Translations under genes and position numbers: made by a program
NCBI RefSeq assembly: GCF_963921235.1
Contig: NC_086097.1
Location: forward strand, 134,976,001-135,040,000
Reading direction: 5' to 3'
Source: Mobula hypostoma
Taxonomy: Eukaryota
DNA: 64,000 nt
The notes under the pieces: model-generated
The model's database searches: none
What the model was told of the DNA's origin: nothing
Seen by the model: only the letters and a program-made list of their open reading frames with translations
Shown here: piece by piece, positions 62,784 to 64,000 of the stretch
Layout of the letters: each line of letters begins with the position of its first letter
How positions within the stretch are numbered: position 1 is the first letter of the stretch

Positions 62784-64000
62784 ATTATGGTGTGTAAATA
62801 TTGCTTGAGGTAATTCTGGGAGTTGAAATTACTGAGGCACTATCTCGAGGAGAGTCGAGATGTCAGATAGGAAGCAGTTGCTCCTGAAATGGGATTGATG
62901 TGCATTGTGGTGGCAGTGTATAGGAAGAGTCCCATGTACCGTTTCTGGATAATCATGCAAATGGCTAATGGTATGTTTCTGCCATAGCAGAAACATCCTT
63001 TTGCACCGATTTGTGGATTTTAAAATGCACATGTTCCATAGCATGGATTAGGTTAGTCCCTTCCATACTTTCTTAATTAGTTGCTGAGATATTGTGGAAG
63101 TAATCTACACTGCCTTAAGTTGTTTTCTTCACCCATCTGATCTCAAGTTGTCAGTAACGTTGACTATAACCTTGAGCTGCAGAAGCTTCTGAACAAGTTT
63201 TTGAACGAAGTTATCAACTGATTTTTTTTTTCCCTCTCTCTAACCTGATAAAGCTACTGATTCAGTGCCTGAGTTCTCTACAAAGCCTCCTATCTCATTC
63301 TCACACAAGGTGTGATCCTTACATGGTAATGTGAAGGTTTTTTTGATGTCTGATGTAGCAGAGTGCAGCAGACTGTTTTGCACTTGACCATAGTTCTGTT
63401 GGACTAACTTTAGTTGCTGTTAATATAGCTATTATATTTGTACTTTTTTATGATACATTATCAATAAGTTGAAGGTAGAGTACTGTCTGGTGATCCTGCA
63501 TCTAACTGCTTTGATGGCTTTGAATTGAATATGAAGGAATCATGTTTATTTTTTTTATTTTGCAAGAGGCATGGGATTGGACAGTGATTGAACGGCATTG
63601 GTAATTTTTCAATTGTAATCAGCATTGAACTCCCAGTCACATCAATGATCTGGCATAGGGCAAATCTTTAGTACTGAAAGAAGTGAGAGAGGGTGGGTAT
63701 TGCCCAAAATCTATAGCTTCTCCACAAAGAAGGAATTCCCCTCAGAGATTTAGGGGTGGGGGGAGAGAACAGTCAGTGTAGGCAGGAATGGAGATGATAG
63801 GTCTGGTATTGGACTTGGAGATCTTAAGAGATTTTTGTGTAGGCCAGGGTTCATGTTCCACAGGCAGCACAGCAAACTGTCCACACTTCCTTGCAATTTT
63901 CCAATTTCAGAATTGTTCCAACCTACTGAAGAGGATGGAACTATATTGGGAGAAAGCACTTGGCTGTAGCTGTTTGGCAAGTGGGCTGATTTGGAGACCT

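Overview
Vertebrate genomic DNA, most likely from a cartilaginous fish such as a ray (inferred from the HE1/V-SINE, Deu-domain SINE, CR1 and Penelope repeat content). Two + strand host genes are supported. The first is the last two coding exons of KLHL38 (651-756, 4514-4803). The second is a complete nine-exon FBXO32/atrogin-1/MAFbx (ATG 44797 to TGA 62597; 1059 nt, 352 aa; all introns GT-AG with consistent phases), with a recognisable promoter at about 44280-44550. The ~40 kb between them and the introns are mostly decayed mobile DNA. There are two deep nests: CR1 > Gypsy LTR element > (Penelope, TIR MITE, non-autonomous retroposon), and CR1 > Harbinger MITE > solo LTR. The most notable unexplained structures are: (1) an ~860-nt fold-back hairpin starting ~20 nt after the FBXO32 exon 5 donor; (2) minimal hammerhead ribozyme motifs in Penelope pseudo-LTRs; (3) a Penelope insertion carrying an inverted copy of its own downstream flank; (4) a possible LTR-donated poly(A) signal for KLHL38; (5) a splice acceptor just before the FBXO32 ATG with a candidate upstream exon. 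I found no evidence for a novel protein-coding system. Repeat family names and boundaries were assigned by eye and are approximate unless TSDs are quoted.
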